DNA of 64,000 nucleotides, taken from Amoebidium appalachense. Lineage: Eukaryota; Protista; Ichthyosporea. The stretch is taken from contig CAVNZM010000001.1 of the NCBI GenBank assembly GCA_963693365.1, positions 13,192,418 to 13,256,417 on the forward strand. The letters run 5' to 3'. The translations under genes and the position numbers were made by a program. The notes below the pieces were generated by a model, which worked only from the letters and a program-made list of their open reading frames with translations, was not told the origin of the DNA and did no database searches. Shown one piece after another: positions 52,777-64,000 of the stretch. Position 1 is the first letter of the stretch, and each line of letters starts with the position of its first letter.

Positions 52777-54250
52777 GTGTGTGTGTGCTAAGAGATGGAG
52801 CGAGGGTGGCCGGAGGGAGGGGGGGAGGGGGGAGGGGAGGGGCAGGAGGGGGAGGGGGGGGGGGGGAGGGGGGTAATGTATAAGTGTATGTAAGTGTGTG
52901 TGTAAGGATGTGTGAAAAGGTGTGCAACGGTGTGTGTAAGGTTGTGTGTGTGTGTGTGTGCGCGCGCGCCTGCGTGCAACAAGTCACCGTGCAAAATGGT
53001 TCCCATGCTAAATTGTATGAAAGGTTCGTACATGTGCACTGAACGGCCGGAAGTTTCACCCTTTTAAGCCAATGCATACCCCTTCGTGTTCCTGCTTTGT
53101 TTCAGCATTTTCACGGACGACCCCCACACGGATATCCGCACACATGTCTAAATGCATTGGCGCCCAAACGCCCCAGCTCGGCTAGCCCACCTACCAGCCT
53201 GCCCATCCTTCTTTCTTCATATCACTATTCTCCCCCTCACCACGGTGCCTTAATGCTCATCTATTCCCCGGAAAGTACGGTACAAAAAGACACAATACAC
53301 CAGAAACTAGTCCCCAAACAATCAACCTCCCTCCCGTCCCCCCCCCCCCCCCCCCCACTCCCCCCCGGAACAGCACACACCTGGCAACAAACCTCCCAAG
53401 TGCACACTTTGCAAATACCTCCCCCCTCCCTGCCCCCCCCCCCCCCCCCCCCCCCTTTCTCCCTCCAAGTGCACACCATGCAATCTCCCCCCCCCCCCCC
53501 CCCCCCCCCCCCAGTGCACACCCAGCAATGAAACCCCCCAGTGCACACCCAGCAATGAAACCCCCCAGTGCACACCCAGCAATGAAACCCCCCAGTGCAC
53601 ACCCAGCAATGAAACCCCCCAGTGCACACCCAGCAATGAAACCCCCCAGTGCACACCCAGTAATGAAATCCCCCAGTGCACACCCAGCAATGAAACCCCC
53701 CAGTGCACACCTTGCATGGAGGCTCACCATGAGTAGCTGCATGCGGCATTTGGAGCCAGACCCTTCAGCCGTAGCAGCCGATACAGCAGATAGCCCGCAC
53801 CAAGGTCACACGCCCCAAAAAGCTGCGGAGGAGCATAAAAACATAAGCAGTGAGCGCTAAATTTCAGCACGACAACACGGCGGATGGGAGATACATGATG
53901 AAATGTATTTTCCAGGCAGTAGAAGGTGGTCGTCAATTCGACTCAGCCATCATCACAATTGGATAACGGTACTGCCCCACACATAACAAGTTGTTCAACT
54001 GATGGTGATGCTATACAGGCCCAGGCATATCAGATAGAGGAAAACCCTCGAAAGCGATAAATCAATAGCACAAGAAAGTCAAACTAATGAGAAGAAACGA
54101 GGCAAGAAACGCGAGGACCGAAAGTTGTAAAACCAACCAAATATTCCACTCCACCCCTTCTTGTGCCGGAGAGAATTAGTGGAAAAATGAGAGTCCCACA
54201 CAGACATCTGCACAGCAGCCCCCCCCCCCCCTCCCCCCCCCCCAAAAAAA

Positions 54251-54295
<45 letters not shown>

Positions 54296-55438
54296 ACAAA
54301 AACAAAAAAAAACAAAAAAAAACAAAAAAAAAAAACCAAGCAAGCAAGCAAGCAAGCAAACAAACAGACACACATACCAGCTTGCCCCAGACCCTGTGTA
54401 CGGTGATGTTAGGCACCAGGACCCAAGCCAGCAGGGGGGTATAGCGGAAGGTGGCCCGCAGGTACGGTGACTGCCCCTACATACCACCCTCGGTCATCAC
54501 TCAGAGTACACAGGCGAAACATACTGCCCCTCACCCCCTCCCCCTCCCCCCCCCCCCCCCCCCCCCCCCCCGGGGGTCGTGAATGTGTGCCTTTGTTCTC
54601 TATAGCATATTCTGCCCCCCCCCCACCTACCCCCCCCTCTCCCCTCCCCCCCCCGGAGGGGCCTCCATGTTAGCTCCAACCCCTTCAGTCGTGCGCAATG
54701 GATGGCCAGAAGCCTGCGCTTCAAATTCCTCCTCCCCCCCCCCCCCCCCCCCCCTTCCTTGTCCCCCTTCCCCCCCCCCCCTCCCCAATTGAAAGACAAG
54801 AAAATGGAAACATGCTCCTCATCTTCCGCTCCTCCCACCCCCAACTCCCACTCTCCCCACCTCGACCAGCTTCCAGTGCAGCCTAACGTTAAAGGGTGCA
54901 CATGAGCATCCATATGGGCTCATACACAGGGAATGTCGCCCCCAACCACCCTCCCCACTGGGAAAAATGGTGGGAGGAGGAGAGGAACAGGGAAGGAAGG
55001 GCGACGGCACCGAACACACTAACCCCACTCCGACGCACTGCTTTGTGTGGTGTGTACAAGGATGATCTGCGAAATAGCAGAAACATTCGTATTCTGCAGC
55101 TAACTAGCCAGATGGAAAACCTGCACAAAACATCAAAAAAAATGTACATGAGGTATTAGGCACGTACCTGCGCCACAAACTCTGCAGCGTCTGTAAACAC
55201 ATTGTAGTCCACATCAGTAAACTTCACCTCGAAATGATTGTCCTGTACCAGCAGCCCGGTGTCAGTGGCCCCGCAATGTTTTGCTCTACTGATGCAGCAA
55301 TACCAAAAAAAAAAAAAACAACTGGAGTACATCAACACGTGCAGCAACACACGTGCAGGGATAGAGGTTTACAGGCTATAATCGGGACACAAACAACCAA
55401 TCACACACACAGAATTTGCCAAGAAGCTGGGGAAGTGT

Positions 55439-55469
<31 letters not shown>

Positions 55470-55677
55470 GGGGAGAGGGGGGGGGGGGGGGGGGGGTGGT
55501 CCGCAAACCAAGAATTCCGCAACCTGAACGGCTGAAATACAACGGACGGGGAGGACGGGAGGGAGAGTGACAAGGAAGAAGGGGGAACCCTAGTGGGGTG
55601 GGGTTTTTTTTTTTTTTTTTTTTTTTTTTCTTGGGGGGGAGGTGGGGAGGTGGGGGGGGGGAGGGGGGGGGGGGGGG

Positions 55678-55744
<67 letters not shown>

Positions 55745-56154
55745 CTGGTTCGGTCAGAAATGGAGCGTTAAGTTGACCGACAGCAAATGGACTCAAATAA
55801 TCCATGCTATACCAGAAGTATTAACGTTGGAAGGGGGGGGGGGGGGGGGGGGGGAGGGGGAGGGGGGGGGGCTTGATCGGTCAGAAATGGAGCGTTTAGT
55901 AGACCGACAGCAATGGACTCAAATAGTCCAAGCTACATCAGATGTATTAATAAATGTAAGCTGAACACATCTAGTATCGTTTTGTACATTTATCATAGAG
56001 TTCCAGTGGGGGACACGGACATGGACCAGACAGGCCAGGACACACGTACCTGCCAGTCACCGTAAGCTATAAGTGCCAGGCGCAGCAGGAGAGAAACCGC
56101 AAAGACCCCCGACACGAACCATGGGGACCCGTAGATAGCTGCCCACGTAGCCAT
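48930..56154 (-). CDS. PIGM: GPI mannosyltransferase I (PIG-M/GPI14), ~402 aa; exons 56154-56050, 55242-55168, 54476-54378, 53822-53728, 52744-52430, 51911-51746, 50929-50837, 49951-49844, 49082-48930
   Basis: [15 protein letters not shown] (DXD motif), [63 protein letters not shown]|YFLWY. Phases are consistent and exons total 1209 nt. Confidence 0.95.
51259..51439 (-). mobile_element. Longest copy (181 bp) of the C-tract-associated repeat family
   Basis: Embedded between two G-runs (+ strand) in PIG-M intron 6. Its 3' 63 bp are identical to 1022-1084, and more 5' parts match the copies at 9203-9447, 22303-22388 and 25530-25659. Confidence 0.72.
53510..53712. repeat. 27-bp minisatellite (CCAGTGCACACCCAGCAATGAAACCCC) x ~7
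   Basis: Near-perfect tandem array just inside the donor end of PIG-M intron 4. Confidence 0.92.
55750..55950. repeat. Two diverged ~75-bp direct repeats, each preceded by a G-run
   Basis: CGGTCAGAAATGGAGCGTT.AGT.GACCGACAGCAA.TGGACTCAAATA.TCCA.GCTA at ~55751 and ~55878. Confidence 0.8.
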
Positions 56155-56873
56155 GGTGCTGCCTCGGCCACATGACTTATTACACGTGGCTTTTCGAGGA
56201 TGAAAGTTGGCGAAAAGACAGCTGATTATCAAAGGCTGAAAAATGAATCTTTACCCAAGCTCAGACAGATCTACTTGTGTGGCTACTTACTTAGAATAGA
56301 AAGGGTTTTCTAAAAGTTTGCGTTTTATTGTCCCTAGACCCAAACGTAATCAACAAATGAAAAAAAATAAATATAACGTTAATAAACTGCAGTCCCCCTC
56401 CCTTGAATAACTCTGTGAGCTTCGAAGGCCCAGGGAAGAAAGCGCGCCTTTTTTCCTGAGGATTACGAAACCTTTTTGGACGAACCAGGTCAAATATCAT
56501 TTCGGGTGACCCGAATTGAAGGCCGACCCGACTACAGGTGGCGCGCTGGTGACGGTCACGTGCCCTCAGGTAGTTAGACAAATCGACTATAAACACCAGT
56601 ATATTGTAATGGCTCTAATGGCTCGAGTCAAGAGGATAAATAAAAGTTTAAAGTTAATCTTGGAAGAAAGGCGTTAAGCTTATCACGTTGCGCCAACGGC
56701 CCACCCAAAGCCAATCAGCGCGAGTTCCGAATTCAGAGTCAGGTGGGAAAGGCACTCGTGACGCTCTGTGTGTGTGTCTGGCTGCTCGCCGCAACTTTTG
56801 TGCGGTCTTAGTTTTTCCCTCCCTTAGCGGAGTAGACAAAGCATCTAGCCCAGCACCAAGCAAACACTCGAAA
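56155..56873. promoter_or_regulatory. Probable bidirectional promoter shared by PIG-M and eIF3c
   Basis: Divergent ATGs ~720 bp apart in a microsatellite-poor interval, with GCCAATCAGCG (CCAAT box) at ~56710 and GGTCACGTG (E-box) at ~56553. Confidence 0.6.
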
Positions 56874-57421
56874 ATGTCGAAGTTCTTTGCAGGAGGGTTT
56901 AGCAGTGGGGAGGAGGAGGAACAGTCCACTGGATCCGAGTCGGAAATCGAAAAATGTGCCTGCCGCCCGTGGGCCCGTTCGCCGTGCACTGTATGAGTCC
57001 TTCCCTTTTTGACAGGCACTTCCTTTAGGCTTCAGACTCGGAAAGCTGGGTTTTTTTGACCATTTATACGCTTGACACAATGTAGAATCGCTGCGTGTTT
57101 GTTCATTGACACGATACACAGTGGAGAAACTGGCAGGAGAGAGGGGCAGTGATCTTACAAGCACAGTAGCATACTTCAAATCTAGACACACTGCACCGGG
57201 CCCTAAGCGGGCAATGAGCTCACTCAAGCATTCCCAGCCTTCTTTTTTTACCCGCTGCTGTGTTCTATGTTCATTTCATGAGTCATATACTCTGGTGGTA
57301 ACGGAAGTAATACCTGCATTAGCACTCTGCTGCTCGCAAGAATCGAGACACTTTCCCTGTTTATTTTCTAGGCTTGTATACAGTCATGTGCAAACTTCTT
57401 GATACTCCTTTTTGATTTGCA

Positions 57422-57459
<38 letters not shown>

Positions 57460-57484
57460 ACGCATACGCACACCCACACGCGTA

Positions 57485-57518
<34 letters not shown>

Positions 57519-57549
57519 GGAGCGCGTACACACCCGTGGTGACGCGCAC

Positions 57550-57590
<41 letters not shown>

Positions 57591-60500
57591 CCCATGTAGA
57601 CGCGCAGGACACACACACACACACACCCGTGTAGACGCGCACGGACACACACACACACACACATACATGCATGCATGCATGCACACACACACACATGCTC
57701 ACATATCCTATGTTCGTTCAAACATAAAGACGTTTGTGTACACTCACACCGATGCACTCGTGCTCTAAGGCAGTCGAGTGCGTAGGCGCACTGACAAGTG
57801 TTAACTTTTATACTTACACACACGTGGACCTACACACTTGTATGCACGAATCCGATTCTCCCTAAACACATAAAAATTTACCACCAGCTCAGTTGCATCG
57901 ACACGCACATACACACCATTACACGTGCACACCACGCGGCTCAGGCATTTCTTACACGTTTTACAATGCACCTCATCTCTCCCACGCACAAGCAACCACA
58001 CACAGGCATATACACAAGGTTAGAGACGCAAACACACACACACACACACACATTGTGGGTTGTGTTTTGGTGTGCTTTGGTGTACGGAGCTTCCTTGCAG
58101 ATATACAGTTCGCTTGATTTGTCCCAGCGCTTCGCCCATGTGCGCCTTCTTGTTGGTGGCTCCTGGTCCGACATTTGTAAACACAGAGAAGCAGATCTTG
58201 CTCTGTGCACACCCACACACACACCCACACACACACTCTCTCTCCCTCTCTCTAAAGCTTCTTTGATTTGCTGTTATGGTACGTGCATACATATTGCATG
58301 GGTTTTTGCAGCACCACACAAACGAAAAATCACGTTTAGACGTGAACAGATGATTCGTTTTTGAGTGGATATATATATGGCTGACCCTGGCTACACTCAT
58401 AGCTCTTTCTTTTTGGTATTCTATTACTGATTCTATAGTGATGCAGCACATGGCTTGCTAAAGTACTCACTTGCAACACTTTCTTTTACATTCTGTATGG
58501 GGAAAGGGAAGGGAGAGATTTCATTCTCATCTCGTAGCGCAACTTGCATGCCTATCAGAGGGAGATTGTGATTTGCGCCTGGTATGATGGACTAAGAGAA
58601 TGTGCTGGATGCTTTTTTCTTTTTGGTTCTACGGGCACAGTTTTGCTGTCGCTGCACGTGTTTGGAACAATGTGCACTTTGGTGCTTAAATGGGGGTTTA
58701 TGGGCTGCTTTTGAAGAATTCCGTTTTGGTTTGTGCTTTTTTGGTTCATATGGAGCTGTTTGCGTGCTGCTGTTTACCCCCCTCCCCTCCCCTCCCCTCC
58801 CCACCTTTCTTCCTCCCCTTTCTTTCTCCACCGCTGGTTGTTCAAGCACTTTGGAGTGCTGCTGGTTAAGATTTCGACTGCTGCTTGCTCAATCGATGAG
58901 GAGTGCTGTGTGTACAAGCATTTTCCAGTAATGCCTGTTTGAGTGTTTTTCTTTCTTTCTTTCTTTCTTTTTGGTGTTTCTGACGAACGTTTTCGCTGTG
59001 TGCAGGTACATGCCGGACAGTGACGAGGAGGATGATGGCAAGAAGCGGCAGGTGCGGTCGCGCAAGGAGGCGCGGTTTGACGACATGGAGAAGGCCACAA
59101 ACAGCATCAAGAATCACATGAAGATCAACGACTGGATCGCCATCCAGCAAGGTGTGTTTGTTGTGTGTGCATGTTTTGCCTGTTGTGTGTGTTCTGTATC
59201 GTCTGGCACAGTGATTTCCAGGATTAGACCGTTTGAGTAAAGCAGGGGGTGGGAGAGATAAAGGTGTCGAGGGATTAAAATCTGAACATGACCAAAGGGG
59301 ACAACTTGGGAGGGTAGATTTATACTCAAGAACATACAAGCGCCTTGTACCTGTTCTAACCATTTTCTCTTTCCTCTTCCCTTGCAGACTTTGACAACCT
59401 CCAGAAAGCCGCGGCCAAGGCCAAGAACGTGATCTCCACGCAGGGCAACCCCGACTTCTACCTCCGCATCCTGCTGAAGCTGGAGGAGTTTATCAAGGAG
59501 ACTAACGACAACAAGGAGGCACGCAAGAAGATGGACAAGATGAAGGCAAAGGCACTGACAGCACTCAAGCAGAAGGTCTCCAAGCACAACAAGGCCCTCG
59601 AGACGGAGCTGGCTAACTACAAGAAGGTTGGTGGCACACACGCACACATGCATGCACATATGCGACTTCCCCCCTTTTTGCCTCTTTCAGCGCGCAGTTG
59701 CTTTCTTCTCGGCTTTTGCAGTTTTCTTCTTCCAAATTCTTCAGAAAATTCTCCAGTGAAGAAAGGCTTCTTACCCCCACTCCCCCCCCCCCCTCCTGTC
59801 CCCCCTCGGCCCCCCTTCTTTGGTGCATCCCCCTCCCCCCCCCCCCCCCCCCCTCTCCCCCCCCTTGGTTTCTTCCTCTTCCCGCAGTCTCGAAGTGTCA
59901 AGAAGCAGACGAACACGCAGATTCACTACATGCATTTGGATTTGCTATGTAAATGCACGACCTACAAGCGCCATGCTGAAATCATTTCTCCCCCTTTCCG
60001 TCCCATCCCCCCCCCCCCCCCCCCCCCCCCCTCTTTCCCAACCCCAGTCGCACCCCAACCTGTCCGAGGCGGAGGAGTCAGCTGGCAGCGAGGATGAGGG
60101 GGCTAAGAGTGACACGGACACGGACAGCGATGCACCCCCCGCCAAGCCCGCACCAAAGAGCGGGCCCTCTGCATTCCTGAAGAAGAAGGTGTGGCTTGCG
60201 TTTTAGCGCCTATAGCGGTTCTTCTCTAGAGTTTCCTTATATGACAATTACGCATTTTCAAGGGGCATGTTTCTCTTACCAGAGATATGTTTAGGTGTTC
60301 ATAGGCTTTGACGTTACGTCATGGAAAGCCGACGTAGAGCTTTACGTGTAGGGCAATAGCACTGATGTTGAAGGGGAGAGGGAGGGAGGGAAAGAGGGTG
60401 GTGATGGTGGTGGTGGTGGGGGCATGTAAATTGGTGGAACGTGATTTTGGGGTGTGCCGGGAGGGAGAAGGCAGGGTGGGGGAAAGCGAGAGAGAGGGTA

Positions 60501-60838
60501 AAGGAAGAGGGTTTGCAGCAAAGGCTTGAGGGCTTTCGAGTTAAAACTTTGTGTGGCGGTGCAGGCTGCAGCAGCCGAGTCATCGAGCGAGGAGGAGACC
60601 GAGAGCGAGAGTGAGGAGGAGAAGCCCAAGGCCAAGAAGGCGCCAAAGCCCGCCGCTGGGGATGACGACAGTGACGACAGCTTGGACTGGGACAACAGCG
60701 ATGAGTCGTCAGAGTCCGAGTCCGACGACGAGCAGAAGGGGCCCAGGTGGGTGTTGGTGTGGGTGTGTGTGTGTATGCTTGTGGGGAGTGCCACGGCTGA
60801 TGGGTGGGGGGGATGGTGACGGGGGGAAGGGGAAAGGG

Positions 60839-60895
<57 letters not shown>

Positions 60896-61740
60896 AGGGG
60901 GGGGGGGGGGGGGGGGGGGGAGACGCTATGTGTGTGTGTTTGTAGGAGGGAGGGGAAGGGGGGAGAGGGTTGTGATGGATGGTGTGTGGCTTATTCCATG
61001 ATGCCTTGTTTGGGATATGGAAAAGTGTGTAGCCAATGGGTGACGAAATGGTAGAAGATGGGTAAAAGAGCCGTAATCCACATTAGAGTGGCAAAGCGGG
61101 AGGTGTGTTTCATAGTGGGAAAGGGGCCGTGTTGCACAAGGGGAAAGTCCCGATTGAATGACTGGTTTTTGAAAAAGATCTCACGTGGAATTTTTTTATT
61201 TATGCCCATACCAGCAATTCGCACACATGACCTGTGCAGTTGGAGTGCGCCCCTGGCTGCTGGGGAGGGAGCAGGCCGGGGGGGGGGGGGGGCAAGGGGA
61301 GTGACATCATTCGACTTTTTTTTGTTGTAATGGATAATGTTACAGTAACGTCGATAATGGCAATGGCTTAGCACGTATCTGTCGATGTCCGTGATAGCCT
61401 TGGGGGATGCTTATGTCTCTATCGAGTTCTGTGAGAGCAATAACTTACTGATTTTTCTTCATTAGGGTGCGAGGGCCAGCATACTACCTCAAGACGACAG
61501 TGATCGAGGACGAGAAGAAGAAGGAATCCAAGAAGAAGGTGGTTGTGAAAAAGGAGAGGAAGCGCAAGGAGAGCGAGAGCGAGAGTGAGGAGGAGGGGGC
61601 TGAGGATCAGGAGGGGTTCAAGGTGACGGAGGTCAGGCGCAGGGAGATTAAGCTGTTTGAGAAGGACAACGAGGTTGGGCACGAGGATGCAATTAAGAAG
61701 CTGACGGAGTTGGTGGCTATGCGCGGCAGAAAGGTGTGTG

Positions 61741-61781
<41 letters not shown>

Positions 61782-62285
61782 GTGTGTGTGTGTGTGTGAG
61801 GAATGGTGGTGTTTATGGTTGAAAGGAGGGGAGGGTGGGGGAGAGAGGGGAGGGGGGGGGGGGGTGCAGGTGTGTATATGTGTATAGGTGTGCCCGGGGG
61901 GGGGGGGGGGGGGGGGGAAGGAGGATGGGTTGGTGGGTGTCTAGGTGTGGTGGTGGTTGCTATAGTTACGGCGGGCTGTGGTGCACACGTGCGTTTGTGT
62001 GCACATGTGTGAGTGGAGGGGGGTGGGGGGGTGTTGGGACTCAACTTGGGAGTGGCTGTGTGGGGTTCGGTTGTCGTGCAATGTGTGTGTAACAGAAGTA
62101 AGTGCAAGTGGATTGGACAACTGAGTGGTGGATGCCTTTGAGCAGTACAAGATCATGCCTGCATGCATACGTCGGGTGTTGGGTTGGTGGTGTGTGTGCG
62201 TGTGGGGAGGGGGGGAGGGAGGGTCATCGAGTGTGCTGCCCCCCTCCCACCCCCTCCACCTCCCCCTCCTTGCCACACACACACA

Positions 62286-62324
<39 letters not shown>

Positions 62325-62558
62325 ACACACGCACGCACGTACATACACACTGATCCCCCTTTGTTTTTTCTCTTTTTTTCAGAACCTGGACCGGCACGAG
62401 CAGGTGAGTGTGCTGCTTCGCCTGCTGGACATTAGCGAGCAGAACAAGCTTGGGCCCGCCATGGCCGTCAAGATCCTCTTCAGTCTGCTGGCTGCACGCT
62501 TTGACTCGGTCCCCTCCACCGCCACACACATGGAGACGGCTCAGTGGCACAAGTACAA

Positions 62559-62597
<39 letters not shown>

Positions 62598-63821
62598 CCC
62601 GCCCTTCCCCTCTTCCCCTTGGGAACATTGTCCGTTTTGTATTTCGCACTCTGCAACGTGCTTCCCCCCCCCCCCCCCCCCCCCCCCCCCTCCCTCCCTC
62701 CCTCCCTCCCCAAAGAGTGTGGTTCTCCGTGTGTGTGATTGCAGGTAATACTATTAATATTACATTGATTCACTATGGCTGGCTCCTTCCCTGTAAGTGA
62801 TGTTAAGGACGCGGTTTATGCCTCCAATGAGAATGCCAGCACGTGCAATTGCAGGTTGATGGCAATATTGGAGCTGGTGGGTGTTGTGCCACGGTCACAG
62901 GGTGTGGGGCTGTATGGTGTTACTGGCCAGTGCTGACTTTGTTGTGTGCCTGCACAGCTGCATTGCCGATTTCCGCCGGGTTGTGGATTTGCTGAACGTC
63001 AATAACATTCTGGCTGAGCCTGCCCTCGTGGATGACGCAGAGGTACGTGCACGTGCGCACACACACACAACACGTGCGCATGTGCATGCAGAGGCGCTGC
63101 CCACAGACACATGCACAGGCACGTGCATGCGACTCTATACATGTGTACGTGCTCGTGCATGGGGGTGAAGGTTGATGCACACGTGCAGGCAGGCACAGCA
63201 GTCTATACACCTGCATTGGAATCATTGCAAACTGTGTACACTAGGCCCGTGTGTGCCACGTATGTTTTTGCAACGCGGGTCTGGGTTTGTGTTTGACACT
63301 TGAAGCTGTGCTTGCGTTTTCCGTACCCTGTGTGCATAGATGGGTGGATATGGTATGGGAGGTCAGGTGCTGAAGGTGCAGGGGGTTTGTGCGTTAGCCA
63401 GGAATGTTTTTGCAGGTGGCATGCTGTGTGAAATAGAGATTAGGGCACATGCATTGGTTGTATTTGGTGGATTCATTGACTAGATTAGTGGATTTGCATT
63501 GATTAGGTTTTGAAGCATAATTAATTCACAGGGCTGTGTTTTTATTTTGCATTTATTAGACTTTGGGGCATAATCTATCAATATAGGGATGTGTGTTATT
63601 TGCATTGATTAGGCCGTGAAGCATACTGTATTCATAGGGCTGTGTGTTATTTGCATTGATAGGGCTTTGACGCATACTTTATTCATAGGGCTGTGTTTTA
63701 TGCTGACATGTTTTTTTTTCAGGTGTTTGTTGTGACGGCGGACAAACCCCGGCTGATGGTGCAGGGTGACCTGGTGGCCTTCCTCGAGCGCATCGACGAC
63801 GAGCTCACACGCAGTCTGCAG
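56874..63821 (+). CDS. EIF3C: Translation initiation factor eIF3 subunit c (3'-partial); exons 56874-~56968 (donor uncertain), 59006-59151, 59388-59626, 60048-60188, 60565-60746, 61466-61732, 62383-62552, 62958-63042, 63723-63821
   Basis: MSKFFAGG..., [23 protein letters not shown]...[34 protein letters not shown]|[21 protein letters not shown] are hallmark eIF3c/NIP1 segments. Confidence 0.95.
63492..63700. repeat. ~51-54-bp diverged minisatellite x4 (TGCATTGATTAGG...GCATA...TTCATAGGGCTGTGT.TTATT)
   Basis: Four tandem units ending just before the GCTGAC branch-point-like motif and acceptor at 63722. Confidence 0.8.
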
Positions 63822-64000
63822 GTGGGGGGGGGGGGGGGGGGGGGTTTATGTGTCTGTTGGTGTGGAAGGGGGGGGGGGGGTATTGTTGACAAGGAGGCAC
63901 ATACTTGCTGAAATGCTCGCTTGGAGGGGGGGGGGGAAGGGGGGGGATCTCCGGGGATTTGCTGGGTGTAGTGGAGGGGGGGGGGGGGGGGAGGGAGTGA

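Noticed and set aside
55870-55945. C/D box snoRNA on the PIG-M sense strand
   Set aside because: The C box is poor (CTGATGT) and not retained in the second copy, there is no terminal stem, and I recognised no rRNA target.
56450-56500. Hammerhead-like CTGAGGA-TTAC-GAAA...GTC in the PIG-M/eIF3c promoter
   Set aside because: Stem II is absent and stem I does not pair; likely chance.

Overview
Intron-rich eukaryotic DNA, probably from a unicellular opisthokont/holozoan protist (inference from COMMD5, VCPWE motifs and GT-AG intron style; not provable here). Introns are packed with (AC)n/(GT)n microsatellites and long G/C homopolymers, so most entries in the ORF track are repeat artefacts. Splicing exons by hand gives eight genes: the 3' part of an STK16/NAK-family kinase (+), a Nudix hydrolase (+), a 17-exon ABC-F ATPase (+), COMMD5 (-), a protein with three V[CT]PW[DE] motifs (+), an orphan low-complexity protein (-), PIG-M/GPI14 (-), and the 5' part of eIF3c (+, head-to-head with PIG-M). 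Mobile DNA includes a degenerate LINE 3' end, a short retroposed insert with a 12-bp TSD, a TA-flanked Tc1/mariner-type MITE, a 38-bp hAT-type mini-element and several minisatellites. Four observations stand out. (1) The ABC-F has three substitutions that all map to one composite ATPase site, including a natural Walker B E-to-Q. (2) A dispersed repeat family has variable 5' ends, ends in poly(C) and usually sits inside C-tracts, making it a candidate poly(C)-targeting or poly(C)-tailed retroposon. (3) The VCPWE-motif protein has no evident receptor domain. (4) Many splice acceptors use (AC)n or Cn instead of a U-rich tract. All exon models are manual and lack transcript support, and homopolymer lengths may be sequencing-dependent.
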